64,000 nt of DNA from Octopus bimaculoides (taxonomy: Eukaryota): NCBI RefSeq assembly GCF_001194135.2, contig NC_069002.1, forward strand, positions 30,351,771 through 30,415,770. Reading direction: 5' to 3'. A program made the translations under genes and the position numbers. The first letter of the stretch is position 1. Every line of letters begins with the position of its first letter. Below, one piece after another: positions 1-13,472 of this stretch. The notes beneath the pieces were generated by a model. It searched no databases and was not told the origin of the DNA. It saw nothing but the letters and a program-made list of their open reading frames with translations.

Positions 1-84
1 GAACCGCTAAGTTAAGGGGACGTAAACATACCAACATCGGTTGTCAAGCGATGTTGGGGGGAGGACAAACACAGACACACAAAC

Positions 85-143
<59 letters not shown>

Positions 144-296
144 TACGATGGTCTTCTTTCAGTTTCCGTCTTCCAAATCCACTCACAAGAGTTTGGTCAG
201 CCCGAGGCTATAGTAGAAGACACTTGCCCAAGGTGCCACGCAGTGGGACTGAACCTGGAACCATGTGGTTGGTAAGCAAGCTACTTACCACACGGT
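1..296 (-). mobile_element. tRNA-derived SINE family A, partial
   Basis: Same consensus as 30450-30840; internal (CA)/(TA) microsatellite. Confidence 0.8.
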
Positions 297-456
297 CAAA
301 GAAAGTCATTGAGTAAATTACAGTGAGTACATTATAGTGATTGTGATGATATGAGATTATCGGGTCCAGTAGAGGACATGGTCAAGAGGCTGTGATTCAG
401 TAAAACAAGGGAGATAAATCAACAACAACAATGCAAAATGGGAAATCACTTGTTAC

Positions 457-576
457 CCGCTGAAGAAGAGTCTTGAGCATTGCTGCAATGCTTTTACGAC
501 ATTTCGCTGAGTCATCATTCACCAAAGACGTACATAAAGGAATGAAAAACAGACTAGCATCCATATTGAGTTTCTC
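457..576 (-). CDS. UTP20: UTP20 visible exon 51
   Basis: EKLNMDASLFFIPLCTSLVNDDSAKCRK...LLQR; phase 0-0. Confidence 0.94.
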
Positions 577-3500
577 CTGAAAAGACAACAACAACAAGAA
601 CATTTACAGTTACTAACTGGTCCGAAGAAATTAGAAGGGAACAGGAAAGGGGCCATGGGAGCAGTTATTATTAGTATTATTGGTATAGTTGAGGGAGATT
701 TAGCAGGGAGCAGTTATTAGTCAGAATAACTGAGAAACAGGAATTAGGGAACAGCTATTATTTGTCAGTATAATTGAGGAAGAAGGGACTAGTTATTATT
801 AGTCAGTATAATTGAAGAGCAGGAAGGGCCCAAGGGAGCAATAATTATTAGCTTGTAAAATTGAAGAACAAGATGTAGGAAGCAGCTGTTATTTGTAAGA
901 ATAACGGAAAAACTGGAAGTAAGGAGCAGTTATTATTAATATAAATGAGGAAGAAGTAGGGAGCAGTTATTATTAGTCAGTATAAAAGCGATATGGTATG
1001 TATGGGAGCAATTATTATTTCTCTGTGTAATTTGGAAACAATGAAAAAAAGGGACACGTGATTGAAACCTTTGGCGATAAACCATCTTTGAGAAGACCTA
1101 TCAAGTGAGATTGTAGTCATGGCCAATGCCGGTGCTGCATAACTGGCAACCGTGCTAGTGGCATGTAAAAAGCATCCACTACACTCTCGGAGTGGTTGGC
1201 GTCAGGAAGGGCACCCAGCTGTAGAAACCATGCCAAATCAGATCGGAACCTGGTACAGCTCTCTGACTTACCAGTTTTCAGTCAAAGCATCCAACCCATG
1301 CCAGCTTGGAAAGCAGATGTTAAATGATGATGATGATGATGAGACTACAAAAACAGGGAGCACTTATTTTTATGTTGGCACACTTCACAAATCCCAAACA
1401 GGGGAGCAGTTATTACTCTTCTCCATTGTAATTCATCAACAATAAGGACCAGTTAATGTTCATTGNNNNNNNNNNNNNNNNNNNNNNNNNNNNNNNNNNN
1501 NNNNNNNNNNNNNNNNNNNNNNNNNNNNNNNNNNNNNNNNNNNNNNNNNNNNNNNNNNNNNNNNNNNNNNNNNNNNNNNNNNNNNNNNNNNNNNNNNNNN
1601 NNNNNNNNNNNNNNNNNNNNNNNNNNNNNNNNNNNNNNNNNNNNNNNNNNNNNNNNNNNNNNNNNNNNNNNNNNNNNNNNNNNNNNNNNNNNNNNNNNNN
1701 NNNNNNNNNNNNNNNNNNNNNNNNNNNNNNNNNNNNNNNNNNNNNNNNNNNNNNNNNNNNNNNNNNNNNNNNNNNNNNNNNNNNNNNNNNNNNNNNNNNN
1801 NNNNNNNNNNNNNNNNNNNNNNNNNNNNNNNNNNNNNNNNNNNNNNNNNNNNNNNNNNNNNNNNNNNNNNNNNNNNNNNNNNNNNNNNNNNNNNNNNNNN
1901 NNNNNNNNNNNNNNNNNNNNNNNNNNNNNNNNNNNNNNNNNNNNNNNNNNNNNNNNNNNNNNNNNNNNNNNNNNNNNNNNNNNNNNNNNNNNNNNNNNNN
2001 NNNNNNNNNNNNNNNNNNNNNNNNNNNNNNNNNNNNNNNNNNNNNNNNNNNNNNNNNNNNNNNNNNNNNNNNNNNNNNNNNNNNNNNNNNNNNNNNNNNN
2101 NNNNNNNNNNNNNNNNNNNNNNNNNNNNNNNNNNNNNNNNNNNNNNNNNNNNNNNNNNNNNNNNNNNNNNNNNNNNNNNNNNNNNNNNNNNNNNNNNNNN
2201 NNNNNNNNNNNNNNNNNNNNNNNNNNNNNNNNNNNNNNNNNNNNNNNNNNNNNNNNNNNNNNNNNNNNNNNNNNNNNNNNNNNNNNNNNNNNNNNNNNNN
2301 NNNNNNNNNNNNNNNNNNNNNNNNNNNNNNNNNNNNNNNNCCGCACAAGCCAGTCCAGGGGCACTGGCAACGATCTCGCTCGAAAATCCTACAGGAGCCA
2401 GTCAGGCGGTACTGGCAACGGCCACGCTCAAAATGGTGCATCTCATGTGCCACCCGCACAAGAACCAGTCCAGGGGCACTGGCAACGATCTTACTTGGCT
2501 TGCCGGGTCTTCTCACGCACAGCCCAATATATATATATATACATACGGCAGGCTTGTTTCAGTTTCCGTCTACCAAATCCACTGACAAGGCTTTGGTTGG
2601 CCTGAGGCTATAGTAGAAGACATTTACCCAAGGTGCCATGCAGTGGACCTGAACCCAGAACCATGTGGTTGGTAAGCAAGTTACTTACCACACAGCATGA
2701 ATAAATAAGTATTATATTTGATAAAATAATCTGAATGCTAAAGGATTAAACATCAAATGCTTATGGCGGTCCACCGGGGTAAAATAGAAATCAAAAGGGT
2801 TTATAGGTAAAAAAATTAATTGGGGACAACAGGTATAGAGCATTCAGCAGCTATATAAAGCAGCTTTACATAGCAGCTGAAATATAAATAAAATAGGAAA
2901 GTCTTTTTCCCTTTACTTACAATGGGATATTTCTGAATGATAGATGTGAGTAGGCTGATAGCAGACTGGCGCCCTAACTCCTGGGTGTAGTTTAGCTGTT
3001 GAAAGATCAATTCCAGATGCTCGTAGAGTTTTTTACCAAGTGGGTAGTCAAAAATGAAACGAAGAATAACCTGGAAGAGATGAAAAGGACAAAGTGAGAT
3101 GTATGGACAACATAGGGAACACAAGGCAAAGAATATCATTGCAAGAAATTCTTTAGCAAATACCATAACTGGTTAGGTTGTTAGCGGTACCACTGAAGGA
3201 CATGTCTTTATGTAGTGTATTTAGTGTGTTGTTTAGCTCCAGATCGACTGCAACCCAACCATGGCTGTCCTGTCTCTTATTCAAACATAATTTTACTCAG
3301 GATTAAATTAGCAAGACAATATAATGTGAACCAAGGGGGTAATTTGGCTGCTATTTTTAGATAGTTGAGAAAACACAGGAAGGTTTCCTTATTAGCTCAT
3401 ACATCTAGAATATGCGATGTGGTATGAGGGAGATGCAGCTGCTATTTTTAGCTAGCTGAATGACTACAGACGTTCTTTGTTGGCTCATATATGTTGGGTG

Positions 3501-4940
3501 AGTTAGCTTGGTTGGTCCCTGGCGACACTTCCAACAAAACATTCAGCAATCTTACAATGGTGCCACTGCTTATATAGGCAAATGTCCCTACTCTATGGTT
3601 ACAGGTCCAGTTTGACCTACAGAGGGGGCATTATTTCAAGTGTCCAGCTGCTGCTGCTGATGATGATAATGATGATGATAATGATAATAAATAATAAAGC
3701 TTGAACATACATCACGGGACTGTTTCTGGACAAATGGAATCTCAGATGTGAATGCCAACTTCTCAATATGCGATATCAATTCAACGATATTGTCACTCAC
3801 AATTTTACGGTGAAGAATTGCCTGCAAAAATAAATAAATAAATACATATATAAATATATTTTCTTATCGTTAACTTTTTCAATACCAAACTGTCCAAAAC
3901 TGTAGTTGGTTCCATGATACAAACTTAATACATTAAAGAGAGTTAAATTAAAATCTTCCATCGACGTCTCGTGTTAATTTATGTTTCAAACACCAGCTAA
4001 ATAATGACAAAATTATTTTACTAAATTCTTAATTATTTCCAAAATTAACTAAAACAAAGGTAGCATTCTTTAACAGAAATATTGTAACTAAAGGGTTAAA
4101 TAAATAAATAAATGCGCTCTTTTAAAGCCTAGCCAGGCTCATGGGCCCGGTTTCCCGGTTTCAATGGCGCATGTGTTACCAGCTGGACGGGACGCCAGTC
4201 CATCGCAGCGTTACTCATTTTTGCCAGTTGAATGGACTGGAGCAACGTGAAATGAAGTGTTTTGCTCAAGAACACAACGCGTCGCCCGGCCTAGGAATCG
4301 AAACCACAATCTTACGAACATGATGCTGATACCCTAACCACTAAGCCACGCGCCTCCACAACTAAAGGGTTAAAGTGATCTAAATTAAAACCTTCCATCA
4401 AAATTTTATGCTAATTTATGTTCCAAGCATAAGCTTAATCACAACAAAGATATTTTACAAAATTCTTTAATATTTTCAAGATTACTTTAAGCAAAGGTAG
4501 TGTATTTCAACAGAAATATGGGAATGAAAGGGCCAAATCTGATAAACACTGCAAGTAATTTAATGCTGGCCAAAGAGTCATTGAATCGAATCCTTTCTTG
4601 AACTCTCACCTTGATCAGGTTGAATGCACAGGCCTGCCGTGTATAGTCCATGATGTCTTCCTCACAGTACATCAATAAAACATGCAACTGGTTCTGCTGG
4701 AGTTTGTAGAAGTGAATCTCTCGCACCAGGATTGTGATTGACTGCAAAACAGAAACAAAGATGAGACGACAGGTGAAAGGAAGAGTTCATTAGGAAGTTA
4801 ACTAAGGGGGGAGACAGGTTGAGGTCTGTGGAGTGGGGTGGGATGTCAGTGTTTGGTTGGCAGCAGACAGGAAGATGACTGGTTGAAAGAATTCCAAAAT
4901 AGGATTGATAGAAGAGTTCACTAAAAGCAGATATCACAGA

Positions 4941-4979
<39 letters not shown>

Positions 4980-7900
4980 TAATAATAATAACAATAATAA
5001 TAATAATAATAATAATCCTTTTTGCAGCACTGTCCGAGCGTGTTCATTGCCAGAGCAGCTATTTGGCTTCCTGCTAGTGGCCCATAAATAGCACCATTTG
5101 AGTGGAATCGTTACCAGCGTCGCCTTCTAGCACTTGTGGTGGTGGCACGTTAGAAAATCATTTGAGCGAGGTCGTTGCCAGTGCCGCTAGACTGGCTCCC
5201 GTGCAAGTGGCACGTAAAAAACACCTTTTTGAGCATGGCCGTTGCCAGTACCGCCTGACTGGCCCTCGTGCCGGTGGCACGTAAAAACACCCACTACAAT
5301 CTTGGAGTGATTGGCGTTAGGAAGGGCATCCAGCTGTAGAAACTCTGCCAGATCAGATTGGAGCCTGGTGCAGTCTTCTGGCTTGCCAGTCCTCAGTCAA
5401 ATCGTCCAACCCATGCTAGCNNNNNNNNNNNNNNNNNNNNNNNNNNNNNNNNNNNNNNNNNNNNNNNNNNNNNNNNNNNNNNNNNNNNNNNNNNNNNNNN
5501 NNNNNNNNNNNNNNNNNNNNNNNNNNNNNNNNNNNNNNNNNNNNNNNNNNNNNNNNNNNNNNNNNNNNNNNNNNNNNNNNNNNNNNNNNNNNNNNNNNNN
5601 NNNNNNNNNNNNNNNNNNNNNNNNNNNNNNNNNNNNNNNNNNNNNNNNNNNNNNNNNNNNNNNNNNNNNNNNNNNNNNNNNNNNNNNNNNNNNNNNNNNN
5701 NNNNNNNNNNNNNNNNNNNNNNNNNNNNNNNNNNNNNNNNNNNNNNNNNNNNNNNNNNNNNNNNNNNNNNNNNNNNNNNNNNNNNNNNNNNNNNNNNNNN
5801 NNNNNNNNNNNNNNNNNNNNNNNNNNNNNNNNNNNNNNNNNNNNNNNNNNNNNNNNNNNNNNNNNNNNNNNNNNNNNNNNNNNNNNNNNNNNNNNNNNNN
5901 NNNNNNNNNNNNNNNNNNNNNNNNNNNNNNNNNNNNNNNNNNNNNNNNNNNNNNNNNNNNNNNNNNNNNNNNNNNNNNNNNNNNNNNNNNNNNNNNNNNN
6001 NNNNNNNNNNNNNNNNNNNNNNNNNNNNNNNNNNNNNNNNNNNNNNNNNNNNNNNNNNNNNNNNNNNNNNNNNNNNNNNNNNNNNNNNNNNNNNNNNNNN
6101 NNNNNNNNNNNNNNNNNNNNNNNNNNNNNNNNNNNNNNNNNNNNNNNNNNNNNNNNNNNNNNNNNNNNNNNNNNNNNNNNNNNNNNNNNNNNNNNNNNNN
6201 NNNNNNNNNNNNNNNNNNNNNNNNNNNNNNNNNNNNNNNNNNNNNNNNNNNNNNNNNNNNNNNNNNNNACGGGGACGTAAACACACCAGCATCGGTTGTC
6301 AAGCGAGGTTGGGGGGACAAACACAGAAACAAACACACACATACATATACATATATACGACGGGCTTCTTTCAGTTTCCGTCGACCAAATCCACTCACAA
6401 GGCTTTGGTTGGACTGAGGCTATAGTAGAAGACACTTGCCCAAGGTGCCACGCAGTGGGACTGAACCCGGAACCATGTGGTTGGTAAGTAAGCTACTTAC
6501 CACACAGCCACTCCTGCACCTAAGTCAAAATTTCAAGTGTTCCAAACACTAGATTAACAATTATTAAGCTAATGTTTGGAACATTAATTAACTTGAAATT
6601 TGCATCATAGAACCAGAAGTGGTCTAAGGTGGGTTTGTATCAAGAAGGTTAAAGCTCAATAGTTGAAGCAGATTAATAAAAGATGGGAGCGAGGCTGGGG
6701 TCTAGAGTATTACAGTTCTGTGAATGAATGTTCGCAATGGTAAGAGAGGAGTGATGGGTGACACAGAGAAGGAACAAACTGAAGGAACAAAAGATACGTT
6801 TACCCAGTGAACAGGGTGTCTTACTTAAACAATGGACACAACAAATATTAACCGTTTACTGTTTAAACCGGCCATATTCAACCCAAATAATTTACCTGTT
6901 TTATGTTCCAACTGGACAGATTTGGCCTCTCCCACCTACCCTACAATGTCATTCCAGAAATATACACTCACATCATTGAGATCTCAAAGCTACGAGATAA
7001 TGCATGGCTGTGTGCTAAGTAGCTTGCTTACCAACCACATGGTTCCGGGTTCAGTTCTACTGCATGGCACCTTGGGCAAGTGTCTTCTATAGCCTCGGGC
7101 CGACCAAAGCCTTGTCAGTGGATTTGGTAGATGGAAACTGAAAGAAGCCTGTCGTATATGTATATATATGTGTGTGTGTGTGTGTATGTTTGTGTTTGTC
7201 CTCCTAGCATTGCTTGACAACCGATGCTGGTGTGTTTATGTCCCCGTCACTTAGCGGTTCGGCAAAAGAGACCGATAAAATAAGTACTAGGCTTCCAAAG
7301 AATAAGTCCCGGGGTCGATTTGCTTGACTAAAGGCGGTGCTCCAGCATGGCCACAGTCAAGTGACTTGAAACAAGTAAAAAGAGAGTAAATAAGCAATAC
7401 ATTTGACAAAATAATCTGAATGTTAAAGGGTTAAATAAAAGATAAAACGAACAGGTAACTGTAATCCAAGAGCTACAACAGGGTCAACTCACCTGAAGAC
7501 CAAATTCAGCCAAAACATGGAAGTTGGTTTTCTTCATGATTTTTGCCTTTTTCTCATCACGTCTCGGTGCTTTTGGTATAATTAAACAACTTTCTGGTTT
7601 CAAACCAGGTTCATCTTTCTTCTTATTTTTCTCCCTATAATTAAACAATTTCAAGTAGAAAAAAAAGCATCACAAATTAGAGAGAATCCTACAAATGGTT
7701 GGCATCAACAGCAATTAATCTGATACATAATTTAAAACCTAATTTACACCAAATTCCACCTATTTTCATGGCTGATTTCATTTGTTATTCTTAATCTGAT
7801 ACAATTGGATTAACTGCCGTTTATTTCTTACAATTAACAGATTATCTGCCTCTCATACAAGCTTCTGCCCTCACCATATACAGACTCTCTATCCTTCAAA

Positions 7901-10154
7901 CATACAACAACAATAAAAAATTACAAGAGGTTTAAAGTACAAATAAAACGTCCACTTACTGTTTACTGTTTGCTAGTAACGGCAGAGTTTGAAGGACCAA
8001 ACTGTGAACAAAGATTAAGAGGTCTTTGGTTTCAAAGTCACGATTTAGTAAAAGACCAGCAAGAATCTTCTGGAGAATATTGTCAACTTTCTTAATGGTC
8101 TTTTGGTTGGAACTACTGTCGAGGATCTGGAAGAGAAATGAAGAAAGGGAAGTGAAGGCTGCAATACTGTATGTGTTTTATATTTAGTAAAGAAGACACA
8201 GTGCAATTGTACAAGCAGTAGAGCATCAGACAAAAATGCCATGTGGTACTTACCGTAAATCCTCGAGTATAATCCGCACTTTTTCCCCAAAATTTAAAGG
8301 TCAAAATTTCTAGTGCGTACTATATACGAGGTTAAAAATGAAAAATATTTACTAAGCAATGTCCGAGTCTCTATTTGCTGTCCGGCAACGTTTATTCAGA
8401 CGCATTTTGTGATGTCGGGCTTGTAACTGATAGTGATAAATATGTAAAGGCAATTTATTTAATATTTATTTTTCACTGTTATTTCTTTATTTTCTGTAAA
8501 CAAAGTGCACAAAAAAGCTACACATTTGCATTATGTTACATATACAATCATAATAAAGGACGTTACCGTATATACGTTTACAAACCAAAGACGTTATATA
8601 GACCTCCTTGACTCAAGTTAGAAAAGGGGTGCGTATTATACACAAGGTTTAGGTTTTTCAGAGGTACAGCCCTCTAAAAATCCCCTGCGTATTATACTCA
8701 AGGATTTACGGTATGTTGGCATTTTACACGATCAATTCAAACCCTACCAACGTCAACTTGATATTTCATCCTTTCAGGGAAGCATGGGGCAAAGAAATGA
8801 AGTACCAGTGATCTATCAGGGTTGACTTAGTTGACTGCTGATTTGTGCCAGCATACAATGATCAAGCATGGTACCACTTCCTACCTGTCTACCCCATCAA
8901 CTATGAATGAGTATGACTTGGTAGCATGGACTATACTTTTGTTAATTGTGTTTAGGAGCCTGTGTATTTAGGGGCAGACATAAAGAACTTCTTGATTCTC
9001 TCCTCTTTTGAGTCAGTGGAGCATCAAGGATGTGACAGCGGCTGAGAGAGAGTACTAGGATGGTACTCATTTACAGCCGAGTAGACTGTAACCAGTAAAA
9101 GAATATAACTACATCTATACATGTGTATATATGTGTGTGTGTTTGTGAGTGTGTGTCTGTATATGACAGGCTTCTTTCAATTTGCATCTACCATGTTCAC
9201 TCACAAGGATTTGGTTGGCCCAGGATTATAGTAGAAAACACCTGTCCAAGCTGCAGGCTGCCACACAGTGGGATCTCAGGTAAAGTACCCCACAGACCAA
9301 AAGGTAATGTAGTTCAACAGAAACATGGCAATAGAAGGATTAAAAACAAAACAACAAGTTATGAAATTAAAATACCCATTAAAAAAAAAAACCACCACCA
9401 GGTATTATTTTCACCCCACCCTCACAGGCCATATTGTAGAAATATAATAATCAGACTTACGTCTTTGAGAGGAGCAATCAACTGAGTAACATGACTTTTG
9501 GTGATGAATCTGGCCAGGAATCCGTACGAGTAAACGCTTTTACAGGTCTGAGCTTCTATAAAGTTGGACGTGATGGCATCAACCGTTTTCTCTTCGGCAA
9601 CCATTCCAAAGATGTCTTCATTAAAAATCTGGACAGAATGTAACAAGGAAATAAAATTATATTAACTCGGACGAAATAATTGTTTTTCTTCTTTTTTTTA
9701 TTTGATAGCAGAAATACGATGGACCCATTTTTTGCTCACCATGCAGTTGGGGAGCAAACCCCAGCCAAACCCAGAAAACAATTACCACAAGACATTTCAT
9801 GTGACTGGTATAATGGATAGTAGTGGTGGTGGTGGTGGTGGTGGTAACAAGAACAACTCTTTCTACTACAGACACAAGTCCCGAAATTCTGTGAGGAAGG
9901 TTTAAGTTGATTACATCAACCCCAGTATCTGACTGGTATTTATTTTATCAAACTCGAAAGAATGAAAGTAGTAGTAGTAGTGGTAGTAGTAGTAGTAGTG
10001 GTAGTAGTAGTAGTAGTAGTAGTAATAATAATACTCACTTCAATTAAACTCTTACAACAAGGGTTCAAATCTCCGGCTTTCAACTGTCCCACCATTGCAT
10101 TGAGTACGGAATGGACGGTGAATCCAAGAATGTGAAGCTGTTGGAGGAGAAGAA

Positions 10155-10185
<31 letters not shown>

Positions 10186-12177
10186 GCACTCATCACTGCC
10201 AACATCATTGCCGTAACAGCCATGTCTCTCTCTCTTTTACTCTCTTGCTTTCTCCCTCCCCCTTCTCCCTCAACCTCATCTTCTCCACAAGCTCTACCTG
10301 CCAGTCAACACTTCCTCTTATGCAAACACACAACCTATCACTTGCAATACAACCGAATTTGTAATATACAACATTTCAAAGTATGTATACACACACACGT
10401 GTGTATGTGTGTGTCTATACATCAATCATCATCATCATCATTGTTTTCAATGTCCACTTTTTCCATGCTTGTATGGAATTTGGAATCTGTTGAGGCAGGT
10501 TTTCTACAGCTAGATGTCCTTCCTGTCACCAACCCTCACCCGTTTCCATTGAAGTAATATTTCCCCATGGTTGGACAACTTTTCGCAAAAGATTTGAAAA
10601 CAAAGGACACCGCCTGTATGAAGGTGATGCTGATTTACAACAATCACATGATGTAAAGATAAAGAGATACCAAGTCACACATATATATATATACGATGGG
10701 CTTCTTTCAGTTTCCACCAAGCAAAGCTTTGCAAATGTGTATGTTCATTATATATAATGAATATTTGTAGCCTAGTTGTTAGGAGTGTTGGGCTCATGAT
10801 CATAATGTTGTGGGTTCATTTCTTGGATTGGGAAGTGCATTGTGTCCTTGAGCCAACCATAGCCTTTTGCAAAGCTTTGGTTAACCTGGGGCTATAGTAA
10901 AAGACACTTGCCTATGGTGCCATGCAGTGGAATTGAACCAGGAAGCAAATGGTTTGAGAAGCAAACTTCTTAGCCACACAACCATGCCATGTATGTATAT
11001 ATGTATGTATGTATGTACATACATGTGTATGAATGTGTGTGTGAATGTTTGGAGGCACAAATGTTTACATTCTGCATGCTTCATGTGAAAAAACACCAAG
11101 CTACAATAGGAGATGACGTTTGTTGACATTTCCCTGTCAACAAATCCTTCACTGGTTCAGTGCTTTTGAAAACATGGAATAGATCTGTTATTTGAAAACA
11201 GCTAAGGGTTTGTAACAGGAAGAACATCCAGCTGTAAAACTGTGCTTCAATATCATATTTATCTAACACATGTTTGCATGGAAAAACAAACACAAAAGCA
11301 AATAAATATTGACTTTGGTTTACTAAACTTTTTTGAAAATTTAGATTCTATAACTAACTCTCACACACACTGTTTTCTCTTTCCTGTTCTCCACTTACCT
11401 GGTAACCTCTGGAAAGGGCTGAACGTAACTCATACGTAATGCAAGGTAAGTAACTGGGACCAATTACTGTGGCAATCTTTGTGAGGGTGTCTCGAGCTGA
11501 TTTTCGTATGTCAAGAGAACGAGATCTTAAAAACTCACATATTCGCAGGATCACTCTGAAATGAAGTGAAAATTTTAAAAAATTAATAAAACCAGATATG
11601 AGTATGTCATTAAGAAGTTTGGAACCATGAAGTTCTAGGTTCAATACTACCTGTCTCCTACATATATTTATCTAAGAGTTAGCTACTTGGTTAGTGATAG
11701 AAGACTACATTGACAGCAGCTCTATGTGATCTGCCTACAATACACTTAAAGACCACAAATCTAATTTTCTTTCCAATCTTAAAAGCGAGGCTCATTGGCC
11801 CAACTAAATTTCAGAGACATAATAGTTAAATACATGATGTTGTCAATTCCGATATCAAAATGGCTGCTGGATTAGTTCACTAGCATTACAGGGATGCTAA
11901 TATGGACTGATTACTGGTAAAGAGAACTATGCAACCTGCAGGTTCACCCAATTTGATATTGTGGAATCAGCGAGGTTGTTGCCATTGCTGCTGGACTGGC
12001 TCCTGCGCAGGTGGCACGTAAAAAGCACCCACTACACTCTGAGTGGTTGGCGTTAGGAAAGGCATCCAGCTGTAGAATCTCTGCCAAATCAGATTGGAGC
12101 CTGGTGTAGCCATCTGGTTTCACCAGTCCTCAGTCAAATCGTCCAACCCATGCTAGCATGGAAAGTGGACGTTAAAC

Positions 12178-12208
<31 letters not shown>

Positions 12209-13408
12209 TCTTGCAAGCTACTTGGTGAATCCATGGGTGCTGGTGCCACATAAAAAGAACTCATGTTGGTACCACATAAAAAGCATCCAGTACACTCTGT
12301 CAAGTGGTTTGTGTTAGGAAGGGCATCCAGCCATAGAAACCATGCCACAACAGACAAATGGAGCCTAGTGAACCTCCCTGGCTTGCCAGCTCCTATCAAA
12401 CCATTCAACCCATACCAGCATGGAAAACAGACATTAAATGATGATGATAATGATGATGATGATGATCTTTCTATATTCAAACAGAAGGGTATGCAGGTAT
12501 TTTAAAAATACCCCATGAACTGTCAACTGTGACCTGCATTGTTGCAGATGCTCTTTGGCAAGATATAGGACCTGTTCAGTCACCCTGCTAGGGATACAGA
12601 GAAGTCATGGGACTGAAGCATGGAAGATTGTGAAGAGGTAGTGGAAGAGCTGAACTGACCCAATGGTGCTTCTGACCTTAATGTTGGGCAGAGGAATCCT
12701 AGAAGATCAACGATCAGGATCACTAAGATCTATCAAGAGAATAACTGTGATGCTTCCACAGGGGTGGCATCCGTGGTTATGTGATCAGCTAATGAAAGAT
12801 TGACTATGACCTAAGCTCCCAACTGAAATTCATAATAATGGAATTGGATGGCAACAGAATAATGGGAATCCTCAAAAGCAATGAAAATGAAGATTTCAAC
12901 TGAAATATGGTAACAAAAGGGTTAAATATAGACACAAGCATGGCTGTGTGGTAAGAAGCTTGCTTCCCAACCACATAGCTCTGAGTACAGCCCCACTGTA
13001 TGGGACCTTGGGTAAAAGTCTTCTACTGTAGCCTCAGTCTGACCAAAGCCTTGTGAGTGGATCTGGTAGATGGAAACTGAAAGAAGCCCATTGAATATGT
13101 GTATATGTATGTGTATGTATGTGTGTGTATGTGTGTGTGTATGTATGTATGTGTATATGTATGCATGTATGTATTTACGTATTCTGTGTTTGCCCCCTCC
13201 CCACTCGTTGCCGCTTGACAACTGGTGTTGGTGTTTATGTGCCTGTAACCTAGCAGTTCGGCAAAAGGGACCGACAGATTTAGTACCGGGCTTTAAAAGA
13301 ATGTCCTGGGGTCGATCTGTTCGACTATAACCCTTCAAGGTGGTGCTCCAGCATGACCGCAGTCACATGACTGAAACAAGTCAAAGAATAACATATACAT
13401 ACATACAG

Positions 13409-13472
<64 letters not shown>

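Noticed and set aside
1413-2613. Long ORFs in the six-frame track spanning N runs (also 5311-6435, 36282-37303, 45853-46921, 58841-59314)
   Set aside because: Artefacts of untranslatable gaps; the flanks are SINE or microsatellite sequence, except for the true exon 59249-59308.
12500-12900. GC-richer unique stretch, possibly a LINE relic
   Set aside because: No recognisable motif or open frame; left unassigned.
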